Shown here: one piece after another, positions 20,827 through 30,997 of the stretch
Layout: every line of letters begins with the position of its first letter
Numbering within the stretch: position 1 is the first letter of the stretch
Source of the DNA: Methanobacteriota archaeon
GTDB lineage: Archaea; Halobacteriota; Bog-38; Methanoflorentales; Methanoflorentaceae
Reading direction: 5' to 3'
Length of the DNA stretch: 64,000 nt
Assembly (NCBI GenBank): GCA_963720465.1
Contig: OY970393.1
Span: 608,001 to 672,000 of the forward strand
The notes under the pieces: model-generated
Seen by the model: the letters and a program-made list of their open reading frames with translations, nothing else
Told to the model about the DNA's origin: nothing
Databases searched by the model: none
Program-made: the position numbers and the translations under genes

Positions 20827-21576
20827 ATGGTCTCCGAAGGACATCCCCGTTATGCGTCACTGATGCTACGCAATAAACTCGTAGAAGGCTATGAACGAGG
20901 CATCACCAGTGCTCATGGCCTTATTGCACACGGGAGAGGCGAAGCGTTTGATTATCTGCTGGGGGAGCGAACGAGCGAGAGTGCGCGCAAGGCTACCAAA
21001 GTTGCGTGCGCCCATTTGCTCACCGCACGCTGTCCGGTACTCTCAGTTAATGGGAACACTGCCACGCTCGTACCAGACGAAATAGCCGAGTTGCACGCAA
21101 TTACAGGCATCCCCGTAGAGATTAATCTGTTTCACCCATCAGCACGGCGCATAAAAAGAATCGCGGATCACTTACAGGCGCACGGCATAGCAAACGTTTT
21201 GACTGGGTTCGATTTCATTAAACTCGCGCACATAGCAAGTGATAGGGCAAACGTAGACAAGAACGGGATATTCAAAGCTGACGTGGTATTTGTTCCGCTG
21301 GAAGACGGCGATAGAGCTCAAGCCCTAACTGAACTCGGAAAAACCGTTTTGACGGTGGATCTAAATCCACTTTCTCGAACTGCAGTGACGAGTACCGTTA
21401 CAATCGTCGACGAAGTGACGCGAGCGTTGAAGAACCTCGTTAGTTTTGCGAAGCGCTTTGAAAGCGACGACCACCAAGATGAACTGAACTTGCTCAAAGC
21501 GTCGTTTGATAACCTAGAGAACCTGAAAGCGTCGTACGCTATCATGCGGAAGCAGCTGAGGTCTCTAGCGCGATGA
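20827..21576 (+). CDS. 4-phosphopantoate--beta-alanine ligase (archaeal PPS)
   Basis: HPRYASL, GLIAHGRGEAFDYLLGE, SVNGN, VPLEDGDR and DLNPLSRT motifs. Confidence 0.92.
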   Translation: MVSEGHPRYASLMLRNKLVEGYERGITSAHGLIAHGRGEAFDYLLGERTSESARKATKVACAHLLTARCPVLSVNGNTATLVPDEIAELHAITGIPVEINLFHPSARRIKRIADHLQAHGIANVLTGFDFIKLAHIASDRANVDKNGIFKADVVFVPLEDGDRAQALTELGKTVLTVDLNPLSRTAVTSTVTIVDEVTRALKNLVSFAKRFESDDHQDELNLLKASFDNLENLKASYAIMRKQLRSLAR

Positions 21577-21584
21577 AGCGCGAC

Positions 21585-22097
21585 TCATTCGCCGTTCACA
21601 ACATCCACGTCGTACTCAAGATTGCTGGGGACCTTGACGGTGAAAAGGTAGAGTTTGTAGTCGTGCCTCCTCGCGATCGCCGCAGCCTCTTTTGAGACCT
21701 CTGATCGTTGAGTTTCGACTTTGGCTAAAGCTAGCTCGTTGTCAGCGCGGACTACAAAGTTGTAGAGGGTTTTGTCGCTCAAGTCATTCAAAAAATCTAC
21801 TAGCTTTTTCAGTTCCTTCCACGTACTTGCGATGTATGCATCTTTATCGACTGAGTTGGAGACGTACCAGTCACGCGTCATGTGAGGATACGCCTTGTAC
21901 TGCTCGTCGACATCGTTGTACGCTTTAAAAATTCTCCGCGAGTCTCTCAAACTGGTATACTTCAGACCGCCCTTCTTGAAATAGCGACTGACTACTATCT
22001 CGCCTATCGCGTTAAGATCTTCTTGTTCAAGTCGCATAGGAAAACTCCTTTTAACCAGGCTCTCTAATAGCATTGCTGTATGATATTCCTTTTCCAT
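21585..22097 (-). CDS. Hypothetical protein, possibly degenerate PD-(D/E)xK fold
   Basis: 170-aa ORF filling the gap between convergent/divergent neighbours, with protein-like composition. Confidence 0.6.
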   Translation of the reverse strand: MEKEYHTAMLLESLVKRSFPMRLEQEDLNAIGEIVVSRYFKKGGLKYTSLRDSRRIFKAYNDVDEQYKAYPHMTRDWYVSNSVDKDAYIASTWKELKKLVDFLNDLSDKTLYNFVVRADNELALAKVETQRSEVSKEAAAIARRHDYKLYLFTVKVPSNLEYDVDVVNGE

Positions 22098-22154
22098 TCC
22101 TTTACAACATAGAACAGGTAGAAATAAATATTATGATTTCTCGACGGATGATCC

Positions 22155-22841
22155 ATGGCTGTTCCTAAAAAGATCAAATGCACGGTGACGAATTGGAACT
22201 ATATCTATGACCTGTGCCGCGATTTATCATCAAGTGTCGTGGAGTCAGGATACGAGCCAGATGTTATCGTAGCGCTCGCGCGCGGGGGCTGGTTTGCCGC
22301 CCGTATCGTCTGCGATTTTCTCGGCATTTCGGATTTGATCAGCCTTAAGGTTGAACACTATGTAGGGACTGCGCGCTTGGCAGACGAGTGCAGAGTTCGA
22401 TACCCGATCGCAGAAGAAATGGTTAAGGACAAACGGGTGCTCATTGTAGATGACATTGCGGACACGGGAAAAAGCCTTCACCACTCTTCAGACTACCTAA
22501 GAGAGTTCAAACCGGCTGACTGCAAGACGGGGGTACTACAGCTGCTCTTTACGTCAGAAACTAAGCCTGACTACTTTGCCGAGTTTCTCGAAGAGTGGAT
22601 GTGGGTGGTGTATCCGTGGAATTTCATCGAAGACATGATTGACTTGATAACGAAGCTGATGGCCACAGAGAGAAAAGAGGTGTGGAACGAAAAGTCAATC
22701 AAAGCGGGGCTGAACCATTGGTTCTTGATCGATCCCATTCATTTGGACATAGCTCAACCCGGACGCCTGCCGGAGATCTTGAAAGAGATGCAAAGGAGAG
22801 GGATTTTAGCACTTGGTGCGGCAGGCTGGAAGCTAAAATGA
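22155..22841 (+). CDS. Type I (purine) phosphoribosyltransferase
   Basis: VALARGG and PRPP-binding VLIVDDIADTGKS, plus WVVYPW. Confidence 0.88.
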   Translation: MAVPKKIKCTVTNWNYIYDLCRDLSSSVVESGYEPDVIVALARGGWFAARIVCDFLGISDLISLKVEHYVGTARLADECRVRYPIAEEMVKDKRVLIVDDIADTGKSLHHSSDYLREFKPADCKTGVLQLLFTSETKPDYFAEFLEEWMWVVYPWNFIEDMIDLITKLMATERKEVWNEKSIKAGLNHWFLIDPIHLDIAQPGRLPEILKEMQRRGILALGAAGWKLK

Positions 22842-23692
22842 ATGCTGAAATTGGTTTTGTAGGCGGCACCGGTTTCTACAGTCCTGATCTCCTCGAAGAT
22901 GCAACAACGCTGGCAATCAGTACCCCATTTGGTCCTCCATCAAGCGACATAATCGTCGGACTGGTGGAAGGAAGAGCTTGCGCTTTTCTGGCCAGACACG
23001 GAGCAGGACACCGTTTTTCGCCGAGCCGCATAGATTACCGCGCGAACATCTACGCCCTGAAAAGCTTAGGCATCACTCATGTTATCGCAATCTCCGCGGT
23101 AGGCAGCCTGAAAGAGGAAATAAAGCCGCTTGAAATGGTCATCCCCGACCAACTTTTTGATAGGACTAAGCTGCGATCAAATACATTTTTTGAGGATATT
23201 TGCGTGCACATAAGCTTCGCCGACCCATTTTGTCGCGACTTGTCACAGGAGTTGTATCGCGCCGCGCAACGCGTCGGATGCAGTGTCAAGAAAGGCGGTA
23301 CGTACATCTGCATTGAGGGCCCGCAATTTTCGACCCGCGCAGAATCAAACGCATATCGGCATATGGGCTTCGACATTATAGGGATGACGGCACTGCCGGA
23401 GGCAAAACTCGCGAGAGAGGCAGAGATGTGCTTCAGCATGTTGGCCACAGTCACTGATTACGACGTGTGGCGCGAGGAGGAAGTGACTATTGAAACGGTC
23501 ATAAACAACGTCAACAGAAATGCCGCGAGCACGCAAGAAATCATCCAGGAAGTGGTGCCCCACCTCCCAATAACAAACGGCTCTTGCCAGTGCAGAAACG
23601 CACTCAAGGACGCTATAGTGACGAGCACAGAGGCCATTCCAGACGAGGTGTCCGAAAAGCTTCGTCCGATTGTGGGAAAGTACATCAACTGA
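22838..23692 (+). CDS. mtnP: S-methyl-5'-thioadenosine phosphorylase
   Basis: GGTG, TPFGPPS, RHG, EGPQFSTRAES, GMT and TDYD motifs. ATGA overlap with the upstream gene. Confidence 0.92.
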   Translation: MNAEIGFVGGTGFYSPDLLEDATTLAISTPFGPPSSDIIVGLVEGRACAFLARHGAGHRFSPSRIDYRANIYALKSLGITHVIAISAVGSLKEEIKPLEMVIPDQLFDRTKLRSNTFFEDICVHISFADPFCRDLSQELYRAAQRVGCSVKKGGTYICIEGPQFSTRAESNAYRHMGFDIIGMTALPEAKLAREAEMCFSMLATVTDYDVWREEEVTIETVINNVNRNAASTQEIIQEVVPHLPITNGSCQCRNALKDAIVTSTEAIPDEVSEKLRPIVGKYIN

Positions 23693-23694
23693 GC

Positions 23695-24384
23695 TCATCG
23701 TCTGAGACGGAGTTCTATTCTGCTTAGGACGCCCCTGAGCGTTCTCACCTCTGAAGTGCTCAGTTCTGATCTGCCGTGGATGCGCTTAAGGTTGAGAAGC
23801 ACGCGACGCCGTTTGTGCGCTGGAAAGTCGATTGCTTCGAGAACTTCGCTTGTGTGCTCAAGCAATCGATCCAAGTCAGCGTGGGTTGCAACCGTTCGTT
23901 TTGCAGCAGGGGTCGTAGCGCTAGCAGCTATACAGTACAATATGACTGCAGCAGCGTGTGAAATGTTCATTACTGGATATCGCGTGCTTGTCTCAACGTT
24001 GACGACGATGTCGCATTCTTGTAACACTTCGTTCGAAAGTCCTTGATCTTCAGCGCCAAACAGTATTGAGGCGATGCCGCGCATTTCAGAGAGCTTAACG
24101 CCGAGCCTCGCAAGCTGGTACGGCGCCCTAAGATGAGATTTTGATCCGACAATTCCTGTGGTTCCTATCACCAAATTAGAAGCAACTAGAACATCTTCGA
24201 GTGTCTTAAGTCGCGCCGCGTCGAGAACATCCTGGGCATGAGACGCCATTGCTCGTGCGAAAGACCCTAGCTCGCACGGGTCGATCAGTGTGAGCTCTGA
24301 ATAACCAAAGTTCTTCATAACGCGAGCCACAGCGCCCACGTTACCTTCATAAACAGGATTCACCAGTACGACTTCGATATCCAT
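23695..24384 (-). CDS. TrmJ-family SPOUT tRNA methyltransferase
   Basis: GNVGAVARVMKNFG, LFGAEDQGLSN and YPVMNISHA motifs. Confidence 0.88.
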   Translation of the reverse strand: MDIEVVLVNPVYEGNVGAVARVMKNFGYSELTLIDPCELGSFARAMASHAQDVLDAARLKTLEDVLVASNLVIGTTGIVGSKSHLRAPYQLARLGVKLSEMRGIASILFGAEDQGLSNEVLQECDIVVNVETSTRYPVMNISHAAAVILYCIAASATTPAAKRTVATHADLDRLLEHTSEVLEAIDFPAHKRRRVLLNLKRIHGRSELSTSEVRTLRGVLSRIELRLRR

Positions 24385-24522
24385 TTGCAAAATTTGAGTC
24401 GACCTTGCACGCCGACTGAGGTTTCAGAGTTGTCTCCGATTGACTCTAGCGTGGTCGACGAAGTCCGCTGTGCTTCTGGCACGTTTTTGAGTAAACGCAG
24501 TCCGAGGCGTTATCTCGTGCAA

Positions 24523-24840
24523 CTAGTCGTATTCTCGCCACGTCTTGCCGCACTTCGTACATCGAAAGAACCGTACTTCGCTCTCATCTGCGGAACGCAA
24601 TTGTCTGAGCCACCAGTAGGCTTTGTCGTTGCCACATTCAGAACAATGCGCCTTGATTGTAGGCAAGCCGGCTTCTGAATCGCCTTCGATTACCAACATA
24701 GTCCGTGTATTGCGAGAGATCTCGTGAATGTGCTTCTGCTTAGCTAATTGACTTTTTTCTTTAGTGAAGCCGCACGACCGGCACGTCACCAAGCCTTCTT
24801 CAGGAAGCATAATACTCTTGCACTTTGGACAGAATTCCAT
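24523..24840 (-). CDS. tfs: Transcription elongation/cleavage factor TFS
   Basis: Two Zn ribbons with QLRSADE acidic hairpin, FFRCTKCGKTWRE. Confidence 0.93.
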   Translation of the reverse strand: MEFCPKCKSIMLPEEGLVTCRSCGFTKEKSQLAKQKHIHEISRNTRTMLVIEGDSEAGLPTIKAHCSECGNDKAYWWLRQLRSADESEVRFFRCTKCGKTWREYD

Positions 24841-25031
24841 GTTGATCACAGATACCGATTACGCATCGCTTCTTACGAGTGAATTTGTTGTATCTTGTAC
24901 GATAAATATATAGGCCGCTGCTGCGACGCTAACACAGACAAAACTCCGGCCGCAGTTAGAGGAACACAGGAAAAAGCGGAGTCAAAATAGTTATATGCCA
25001 GTGTTATTATAAGGCGTTGTGAACTGATGGA

Positions 25032-25835
25032 GTGATACGGCCGTTGGTGGACTTCATACAACCTTTGTTGTGGATTGCGCTCGTTCTTTTCCTAATAGCA
25101 ATCGCTGCGCCGCGTAAGTTCACATATCCGCTCGGAGCTGCCGGCTGGGTTTTTTTCGCGCTCTACTGGGCATACCAACCCGTGAATTATCTCGCAATTG
25201 ACGATTATTTCAACATCTTAGTATGTCTTCTTGTTGCTGTTTTTTGCGGCGGCGTCGGCTATGTGATGTGGACGAAAGCTGACGACTTAACATTGCTCAT
25301 TACAAAAGCCGCAGCAGTAGGCGGCATATTCTACTTTTCCTTCGCACAATTTTCATCTCTCAGCCATGCTTTGATAGCGGCAGTGGCATCGCAGACTGCC
25401 TTGCTATTAAACTCTTTAGGCGTCCCGGCAGTGCAGGCCAACTGGAACGTGTTGACGCTTAACGGCGCCCCAGTTCAATTCATCCTCGCCTGCACTGGCA
25501 TTCAAAGCATCGCACTGTTCCTTGGGGTCGTAGCCTGCGTTTCTGCCCCTCCGCGCAGAAAATTGGCGGCATTCATGGTCTCTATCCCCACAATCTACGT
25601 TCTAAACATCCTTCGTAATGCGTTTGTGCTCGCAGCCACCGGTAACCAATGGTTTGGATTGCCGGCAAACAGTTTCTACGTGTCGCACGACGTCATTGCA
25701 AAATTTGGATCCTTGGTTGCATTGATGCTCATCTCTTACTTGGTGTTCCTTATACTCCCCGAATTACTTGACACGGTAGTCGGCGTATTTGATTTGCTGA
25801 AAGGAGGCGTGATGCGTGGTAGCAAAGGGGTCTGA
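25032..25835 (+). CDS. artA: Archaeosortase A
   Basis: Polytopic, ILACTGIQS and LNILRN motifs. Operon with psd and pssA. Confidence 0.88.
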   Translation: MIRPLVDFIQPLLWIALVLFLIAIAAPRKFTYPLGAAGWVFFALYWAYQPVNYLAIDDYFNILVCLLVAVFCGGVGYVMWTKADDLTLLITKAAAVGGIFYFSFAQFSSLSHALIAAVASQTALLLNSLGVPAVQANWNVLTLNGAPVQFILACTGIQSIALFLGVVACVSAPPRRKLAAFMVSIPTIYVLNILRNAFVLAATGNQWFGLPANSFYVSHDVIAKFGSLVALMLISYLVFLILPELLDTVVGVFDLLKGGVMRGSKGV

Positions 25836-26403
25836 ATATTGGATTCTGGCGGGGGCCGCGCTAACGGTGTTCACGGGATTCTTCACTCCGTACGCGTTCC
25901 TCGTAATGGTCCCTACACTATTCCTTCTTCTTTTTTTTAGAGATCCTGAACGGTTATCGGACAGCCATAACGCGACCGACATAGTCAGTCCCGCAGACGG
26001 CAGAGTGCTAAAGATACAAGGCAACCAGCTCAGCATTTTTATGAACATCCATAACGTACACGTCAACAGAGCTCCTGTCAATGGTGAAGTCATCGACATA
26101 CGTTACCACAAAGGAGGTAGACTCCCCGCTTTTCACAAGGAATCGGACAAAAACGAGCGGAACAGTATTACTATACGAACTCGGCTCGGGAATGTTGTCG
26201 TCACCCAAATCTCAGGTGCAGTTATCAGACGGATCGTATGCTACGTCAAGCAAAATGAAATTCTCGGGAGGGGCCAGAGAATAGGCATGATTCGATTTGG
26301 CTCACGGGTCGACGTTGCACTCCCTAGCAGTTACTCATTCGTCGTATCGCGAGGGCAAAGAGTCAAAGCGGGAAAGACGACAATCGCTAGATTGGTCATA
26401 TAG
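25816..26403 (+). CDS. psd: Archaetidylserine (phosphatidylserine) decarboxylase proenzyme
   Basis: FFRDPER, SPADG, HVNRAP and GMIRFGSRVD cleavage motif. Confidence 0.92.
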   Translation: MVAKGSEYWILAGAALTVFTGFFTPYAFLVMVPTLFLLLFFRDPERLSDSHNATDIVSPADGRVLKIQGNQLSIFMNIHNVHVNRAPVNGEVIDIRYHKGGRLPAFHKESDKNERNSITIRTRLGNVVVTQISGAVIRRIVCYVKQNEILGRGQRIGMIRFGSRVDVALPSSYSFVVSRGQRVKAGKTTIARLVI

Positions 26404-26414
26404 CGGCAGGTGTT

Positions 26415-27095
26415 ATGTGGTTACCTTTTGATATGGAAATAAGAGAGCAGGATGTTGCTACAATAGTGAACTTGCTGTTTGGCACGCTAGCCATCCTCTT
26501 TCTAGCGGAGGCCAACAACATTGGTATCGCCGCAGCGTTTGTTCTGGTGTGCGTCCTCGCCGACGGAGCTGATGGTTACCTCGCTAGAACACGAGGACAA
26601 GGAAGCCTCGGGTTCCAGCTCGACTCACTCGCAGATTTCGTTTCTTTCGGGTTGGCGCCGTCAATCCTGGTGTACTACGTGGTCAGAGACGCCGTCGGCT
26701 ATCGCAGTCTCTTCTTTTTGATCTTCGTCGTGTCATTCCTATACTTAGTCAGCGGGATGCTGCGGCTAGCGCGGTACAACGTCGCCCCTCAGGAAGCCAT
26801 TTTCTCCGGGCTGCCCATCACTGCGGCTGGCATGATAGTCGCGCTATATGTTCTTACGGGACTTCCACCCGTCGGCTTGCTGGCAGTCGGTCTCGTCCTA
26901 GCAGGACTGATGGTCAGCGATGTCACGTACCCGAAAGTTAGAAATACAATTACTCTGGCCGTTGTGGGCGCATTAATCCTCCTCATTCTCCTTCTCTACG
27001 CGATCGAAACGAATTATTCGATTATCTCTGCCCTTCTCCTCCTACTCTCGATTGTGTATGTGCTGAACCCCTTGTACCGGAGGTATTTCAGATAA
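26415..27095 (+). CDS. pssA: Archaetidylserine synthase (CDP-alcohol phosphatidyltransferase)
   Basis: DGADGYLAR...G.QLDSLADFVSFGLAP, LRLARYN and FSGLP motifs. Confidence 0.92.
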   Translation: MWLPFDMEIREQDVATIVNLLFGTLAILFLAEANNIGIAAAFVLVCVLADGADGYLARTRGQGSLGFQLDSLADFVSFGLAPSILVYYVVRDAVGYRSLFFLIFVVSFLYLVSGMLRLARYNVAPQEAIFSGLPITAAGMIVALYVLTGLPPVGLLAVGLVLAGLMVSDVTYPKVRNTITLAVVGALILLILLLYAIETNYSIISALLLLLSIVYVLNPLYRRYFR

Positions 27096-27424
27096 ACGAG
27101 AGAGACCAAGCGCTTTTCGAAGCAGGCATAAAACTTGGTGCACTATATCATCAGTACGTCGGCGCACCACTCGATTTAGACACAATTACGACCCTTGAAA
27201 AAGCAATAGAAGAAAGTATACGGGTACAACCCTACGTTGAGAACATTACCGTCAGAATCAACAGAGACCGCGTAGCTTCGAAAATCAACAAATTTGGCTA
27301 CGCAGAACTTGAAGGCAAGATGCTCGACGTCCAGCTTGTTGTCGCCTATGGGACAGCCAAAGTGCTCGTGAAGATGCAGTACGACGAGGACGCTGACTAT
27401 CCGCTGATGTTTATCGAAAGGTAG
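27092..27424 (+). CDS. mptD: Archaeal dihydroneopterin aldolase MptD, apparent ATA start; absent from the ORF track
   Basis: My translation: INERDQALFEAGIKLGALYHQYVGAP...LEKAIEESIRVQPYV...GYAELEGKML...YPLMFIER*. GGAGGT lies just upstream. Confidence 0.85.
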   Translation: MNERDQALFEAGIKLGALYHQYVGAPLDLDTITTLEKAIEESIRVQPYVENITVRINRDRVASKINKFGYAELEGKMLDVQLVVAYGTAKVLVKMQYDEDADYPLMFIER

Positions 27425-27567
27425 CAAATTAGTACCTCGCGCGGTTTCGCGCTGAAGCAAAGACGCCAATTTGCGGAATCGCCGGAAAGCCTTATTTTAA
27501 GCTTTAATTAGTTCGTAACTGCTTCGCTCACATTTATGTGGGATGATTTGCATAGTGTTTAATCTGC

Positions 27568-29631
27568 ATGAGTGGTGATTTTAAGGAGCGGTGGGCGACA
27601 TTCTTCGTCCGATACTACGAGAGCCGGATACTCAAGCTCGCGAGCGAGTACCCAGAGGTAAACAGTATCGATGTGGACTATCAGGCCCTACAAAACTTCG
27701 ACATCGCTCTGGCAGATGCACTGATCGATGGCCCACTACCTATCCTAAGGTCAGCGCACGATGCGCTCCTTGAATATGATCTGCCCATCGAATGCAAACT
27801 GGACGCAGAAGTACGCATCGTTAACGTTCCTGACAAGACAAAGATTAGGGACCTGAGAAGTGACCACGTCGGCAAGCTCGTCTCAATCGAGGGGCTTGTA
27901 CGTAAAGCCACGGAGGTTCGTCCAAAGCTCACCGAAGCCGGCTTTGAATGTTTGAGCTGCGGCAACATAACAAGCGTCGAACAAGATGATGCCAAGCTCA
28001 AAGAGCCAGCTGAATGCTCTCACCGGGTCTGCAGGAAGAAGGGCCCTTTCAAGTTGAATTTCGCACATTCTAAATTCGCAGATGCCCAAAAAATTCGGCT
28101 GCAAGAGTCCCCGGAAGGCTTGAAAGGCGGAGAACAACCGCAGACGCTCGATGCAAACGTGGAAGCAACGCTGGCCGGAATGGTATTTCCCGGCGATAGA
28201 GTTGTTATGACTGGCTTACTGCGCGTTGCACAACGGCAGTATCAAAACGTGAAAAGCACGACCTTCGATTTGTTTCTCGAGGCAAATTCGATCGAAATAG
28301 AAGACAAAGAGTTTCAGGACATCGAAATATCGGGCGAGGATGCAAGCATAATAGAGAAGCTAGCAAAGACCGCAGGAATTGAACGCGCAATCGTGCGATC
28401 AATAGCTCCATCGATTTTCGGCTATGAGAGCGTCAAGGAGGCAATAGCGCTCCAACTGTTTTCGGGCGTGCCGAAAAAGCTTCCTGACGGTTCACACATT
28501 CGAGGAGATATTCACATTCTCCTTGTGGGCGATCCTGGCATAGGTAAGTCACAACTGCTGCGGTACGTCGTCCAGCTCGCGCCTAGAGGCATATACGCCA
28601 GTGGCAAGAGTTCGACTTCAGCGGGGTTAACGGCAACCGCGATAAAAGATGAATTTGGCGATGGCAGATGGACTCTAGAGGCGGGTGCACTTGTGCTCGC
28701 AGATCAAGGAATTGCGGCGGTTGATGAAATGGACAAGATGCGGTCTGAGGATAGATCTTCTCTGCACGAAGCGATGGAGCAGCAAACCGTCAGCGTGGCA
28801 AAAGCGGGAATTATGGCAAACCTCAAGAGCCGTTGCGCCCTGCTGGGAGCTGCGAACCCCCGATACGGGAGATTCGACCCGTACGAATCAATCGCGGAGC
28901 AAATCAATATGCAGCCCACCCTTCTTTCTCGCTTTGACCTGATCTTCGTGCTGACCGACGTGCCTAACGAGAACACTGATACAGGCATTGCGAAACACAT
29001 ACTCCAGTCACATTTTGCCGGAGAGCTTGCCTCCTCCGGGAGGCCCAATCAAGAGGTAGCGGCCGCAATGAGCATCATAAGTCCAGAAATTGATGCAGAG
29101 CTGCTTCGCAAGTTCATTGGGTTCGCGAAAAGGGTCAATCCAATCCTCACTGAAGATGCCAAGCAACAATTCATAGACTACTACGTAGGTTTAAGGAAAC
29201 AAGGCGGCGAGGGTTCGCCGATCCCTATAACTGCTCGCCAGCTTGAAGCTCTCGTGCGGCTTGCCGAAGCGAGCGCGCGCATGAGACTAAGCAAGTGGGT
29301 GACGCTCGAGGACGCAAAACGCGTTATTCTAATCGTCGAAGCGTGTCTAAAAGAGGTCGGCGTAGACCCTGAAACGGGGAAGCGAGATTTCGACGTAATA
29401 GCCGTTGGAAAAAGCAAAAGTCAACAAGAGCGGATCAAAAACATTAGAGATATCATCAGGGAACTCGAGCGTGAGGCGGGATCCGCGCACATTGACACAA
29501 TTGTAGAGAGGGCATCGAAACTAGGATTTGAAAAGGACAAAGTTGAAGCCGAAATAGCCCGACTGGTGCAGGAAGCGGCAATATTTGAGCCAGTCAGGTA
29601 CAGCCGTAACTATAGGCTTACACAACAATGA
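27568..29631 (+). CDS. mcm: Replicative helicase MCM (no intein)
   Basis: Zn finger, GDPGIGKS, VDEMDKM, SRFD and ITARQLE motifs. Confidence 0.96.
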   Translation: MSGDFKERWATFFVRYYESRILKLASEYPEVNSIDVDYQALQNFDIALADALIDGPLPILRSAHDALLEYDLPIECKLDAEVRIVNVPDKTKIRDLRSDHVGKLVSIEGLVRKATEVRPKLTEAGFECLSCGNITSVEQDDAKLKEPAECSHRVCRKKGPFKLNFAHSKFADAQKIRLQESPEGLKGGEQPQTLDANVEATLAGMVFPGDRVVMTGLLRVAQRQYQNVKSTTFDLFLEANSIEIEDKEFQDIEISGEDASIIEKLAKTAGIERAIVRSIAPSIFGYESVKEAIALQLFSGVPKKLPDGSHIRGDIHILLVGDPGIGKSQLLRYVVQLAPRGIYASGKSSTSAGLTATAIKDEFGDGRWTLEAGALVLADQGIAAVDEMDKMRSEDRSSLHEAMEQQTVSVAKAGIMANLKSRCALLGAANPRYGRFDPYESIAEQINMQPTLLSRFDLIFVLTDVPNENTDTGIAKHILQSHFAGELASSGRPNQEVAAAMSIISPEIDAELLRKFIGFAKRVNPILTEDAKQQFIDYYVGLRKQGGEGSPIPITARQLEALVRLAEASARMRLSKWVTLEDAKRVILIVEACLKEVGVDPETGKRDFDVIAVGKSKSQQERIKNIRDIIRELEREAGSAHIDTIVERASKLGFEKDKVEAEIARLVQEAAIFEPVRYSRNYRLTQQ

Positions 29632-29632
29632 A

Positions 29633-29959
29633 ATGCTCGAAAACGATGATGTCGGTACTCTGATGACTATGTACTTGAAGTGGTACAGTGTCAACAAAGA
29701 GATCCTCGTAGCTGTATGTGATTCAGAACTAATCGGACGCACCTTTCGAGAAGGAGAGCTTCACCTCTCGGTGAACGAAGACTTCTTCAAGGGTAGTCCT
29801 GCAGATGAACACGAGGTGAAAAAGGCACTCGAAGATGCTACGATCGCGAATCTTGTCGGCGAACAATCTGTTGCCTGCGGCATTGACAGCGGCATCGTAG
29901 ATGAGCACTGTGTGATCACAATTGACGGCATTCCGCACGCCCAAATGGTTCTTTTCTAA
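29633..29959 (+). CDS. DUF424-family protein
   Basis: VAVCDSELIG, ATIANLVG and IDGIPHAQ motifs. Start uncertain. Confidence 0.85.
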   Translation: MLENDDVGTLMTMYLKWYSVNKEILVAVCDSELIGRTFREGELHLSVNEDFFKGSPADEHEVKKALEDATIANLVGEQSVACGIDSGIVDEHCVITIDGIPHAQMVLF

Positions 29960-29974
29960 ATCACAGGAGATTAT

Positions 29975-30997
29975 TTGACTCCAAAGAGCGTTTGTCCCAG
30001 CTGTGGTGAGCCCTCGGATGGGATATGCGAGCGGTGTCTCGCACAAGACCGTACTATCGCGGCAGTTCCTGAATTCCTCACCATCAAAATATGTCCGACG
30101 TGCTCCGATCACTTTTTCAAAGGACACTGGCTGAATGACGATCTCGATAAAGCAATCGAACGTGTGGTCGAAGAGGCTCTGACGATCGATGCAGACGAAG
30201 CCACCGTCAAGGTCGTTTTAAATGAAGTTACGCAGACGATGGTACGTGGGCGCGTCGAAGTCGACGTTCCTCACATGGAGGACACGCAACACAAGAGTCT
30301 TGATATAAATGTTCGCGTAGACCGGGCTTCGTGCGACAGATGCAGTAGGATCTCAGGCGGTTACTACGAAAGCAAAGTTCAAATACGTGCTGACCACAGG
30401 ACGCCGGACGAGGCCGAACTGCTGCGAGCCCTGGAAATCGGAACAAGAACCATTGGACATGCACAGAAGGTGGATAGGCTGGCGTTTATTGCTAAGACCA
30501 TCCAGCTAAAAGAGGGCCTTGACCTGTACGTCGGCACAGTCAAAGCCGCAAAGCGAATTGTCCGCGCCTTGGTTCGAGAGATAGGGGGCAACTTCAGCGA
30601 TTCGGCCAAGCTTGTGGGACGACGCGACGGAAAGGACATTTACCGTGTGACCTTCGTCGTAAGGCTGCCTCAATTTCCGACCGGCACGATTATTTCGGCT
30701 AAGCAACACGTTTATGAGATATGCTCGGCAACAAGCAGGACAAACGCGGTCGACCTTGAATCGGGCCAAAGCGCTGCTTTGGATGCAGAGGATTTGCGCA
30801 ACGCCCAACTTTTAGGCGCTCGAAGCGAAGCGAAACAAACTGTGTTAGTATCGATCGATGCCGATGAGGCCCACCTGCTCGATCCAGAGACTTACGCCAC
30901 TCTTACCATCAAAAGGCCCCCGTATGTTTGTAAAGACGACCAAGGTAAAGAAATACAGGTCGTGAAGACCCAAGAAGGAGTGTTCATCCTTCCATGA
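29975..30997 (+). CDS. NMD3-family ribosome biogenesis protein
   Basis: CPSCG..CERC, CPTC and CDRCSRISGGYYESKVQIRA motifs. Confidence 0.88.
   Translation: MTPKSVCPSCGEPSDGICERCLAQDRTIAAVPEFLTIKICPTCSDHFFKGHWLNDDLDKAIERVVEEALTIDADEATVKVVLNEVTQTMVRGRVEVDVPHMEDTQHKSLDINVRVDRASCDRCSRISGGYYESKVQIRADHRTPDEAELLRALEIGTRTIGHAQKVDRLAFIAKTIQLKEGLDLYVGTVKAAKRIVRALVREIGGNFSDSAKLVGRRDGKDIYRVTFVVRLPQFPTGTIISAKQHVYEICSATSRTNAVDLESGQSAALDAEDLRNAQLLGARSEAKQTVLVSIDADEAHLLDPETYATLTIKRPPYVCKDDQGKEIQVVKTQEGVFILP

Noticed and set aside
27568-29631. Inteins in MCM, RFC, TFB or topoisomerase VI
   Set aside because: Lengths are normal and motifs are uninterrupted.
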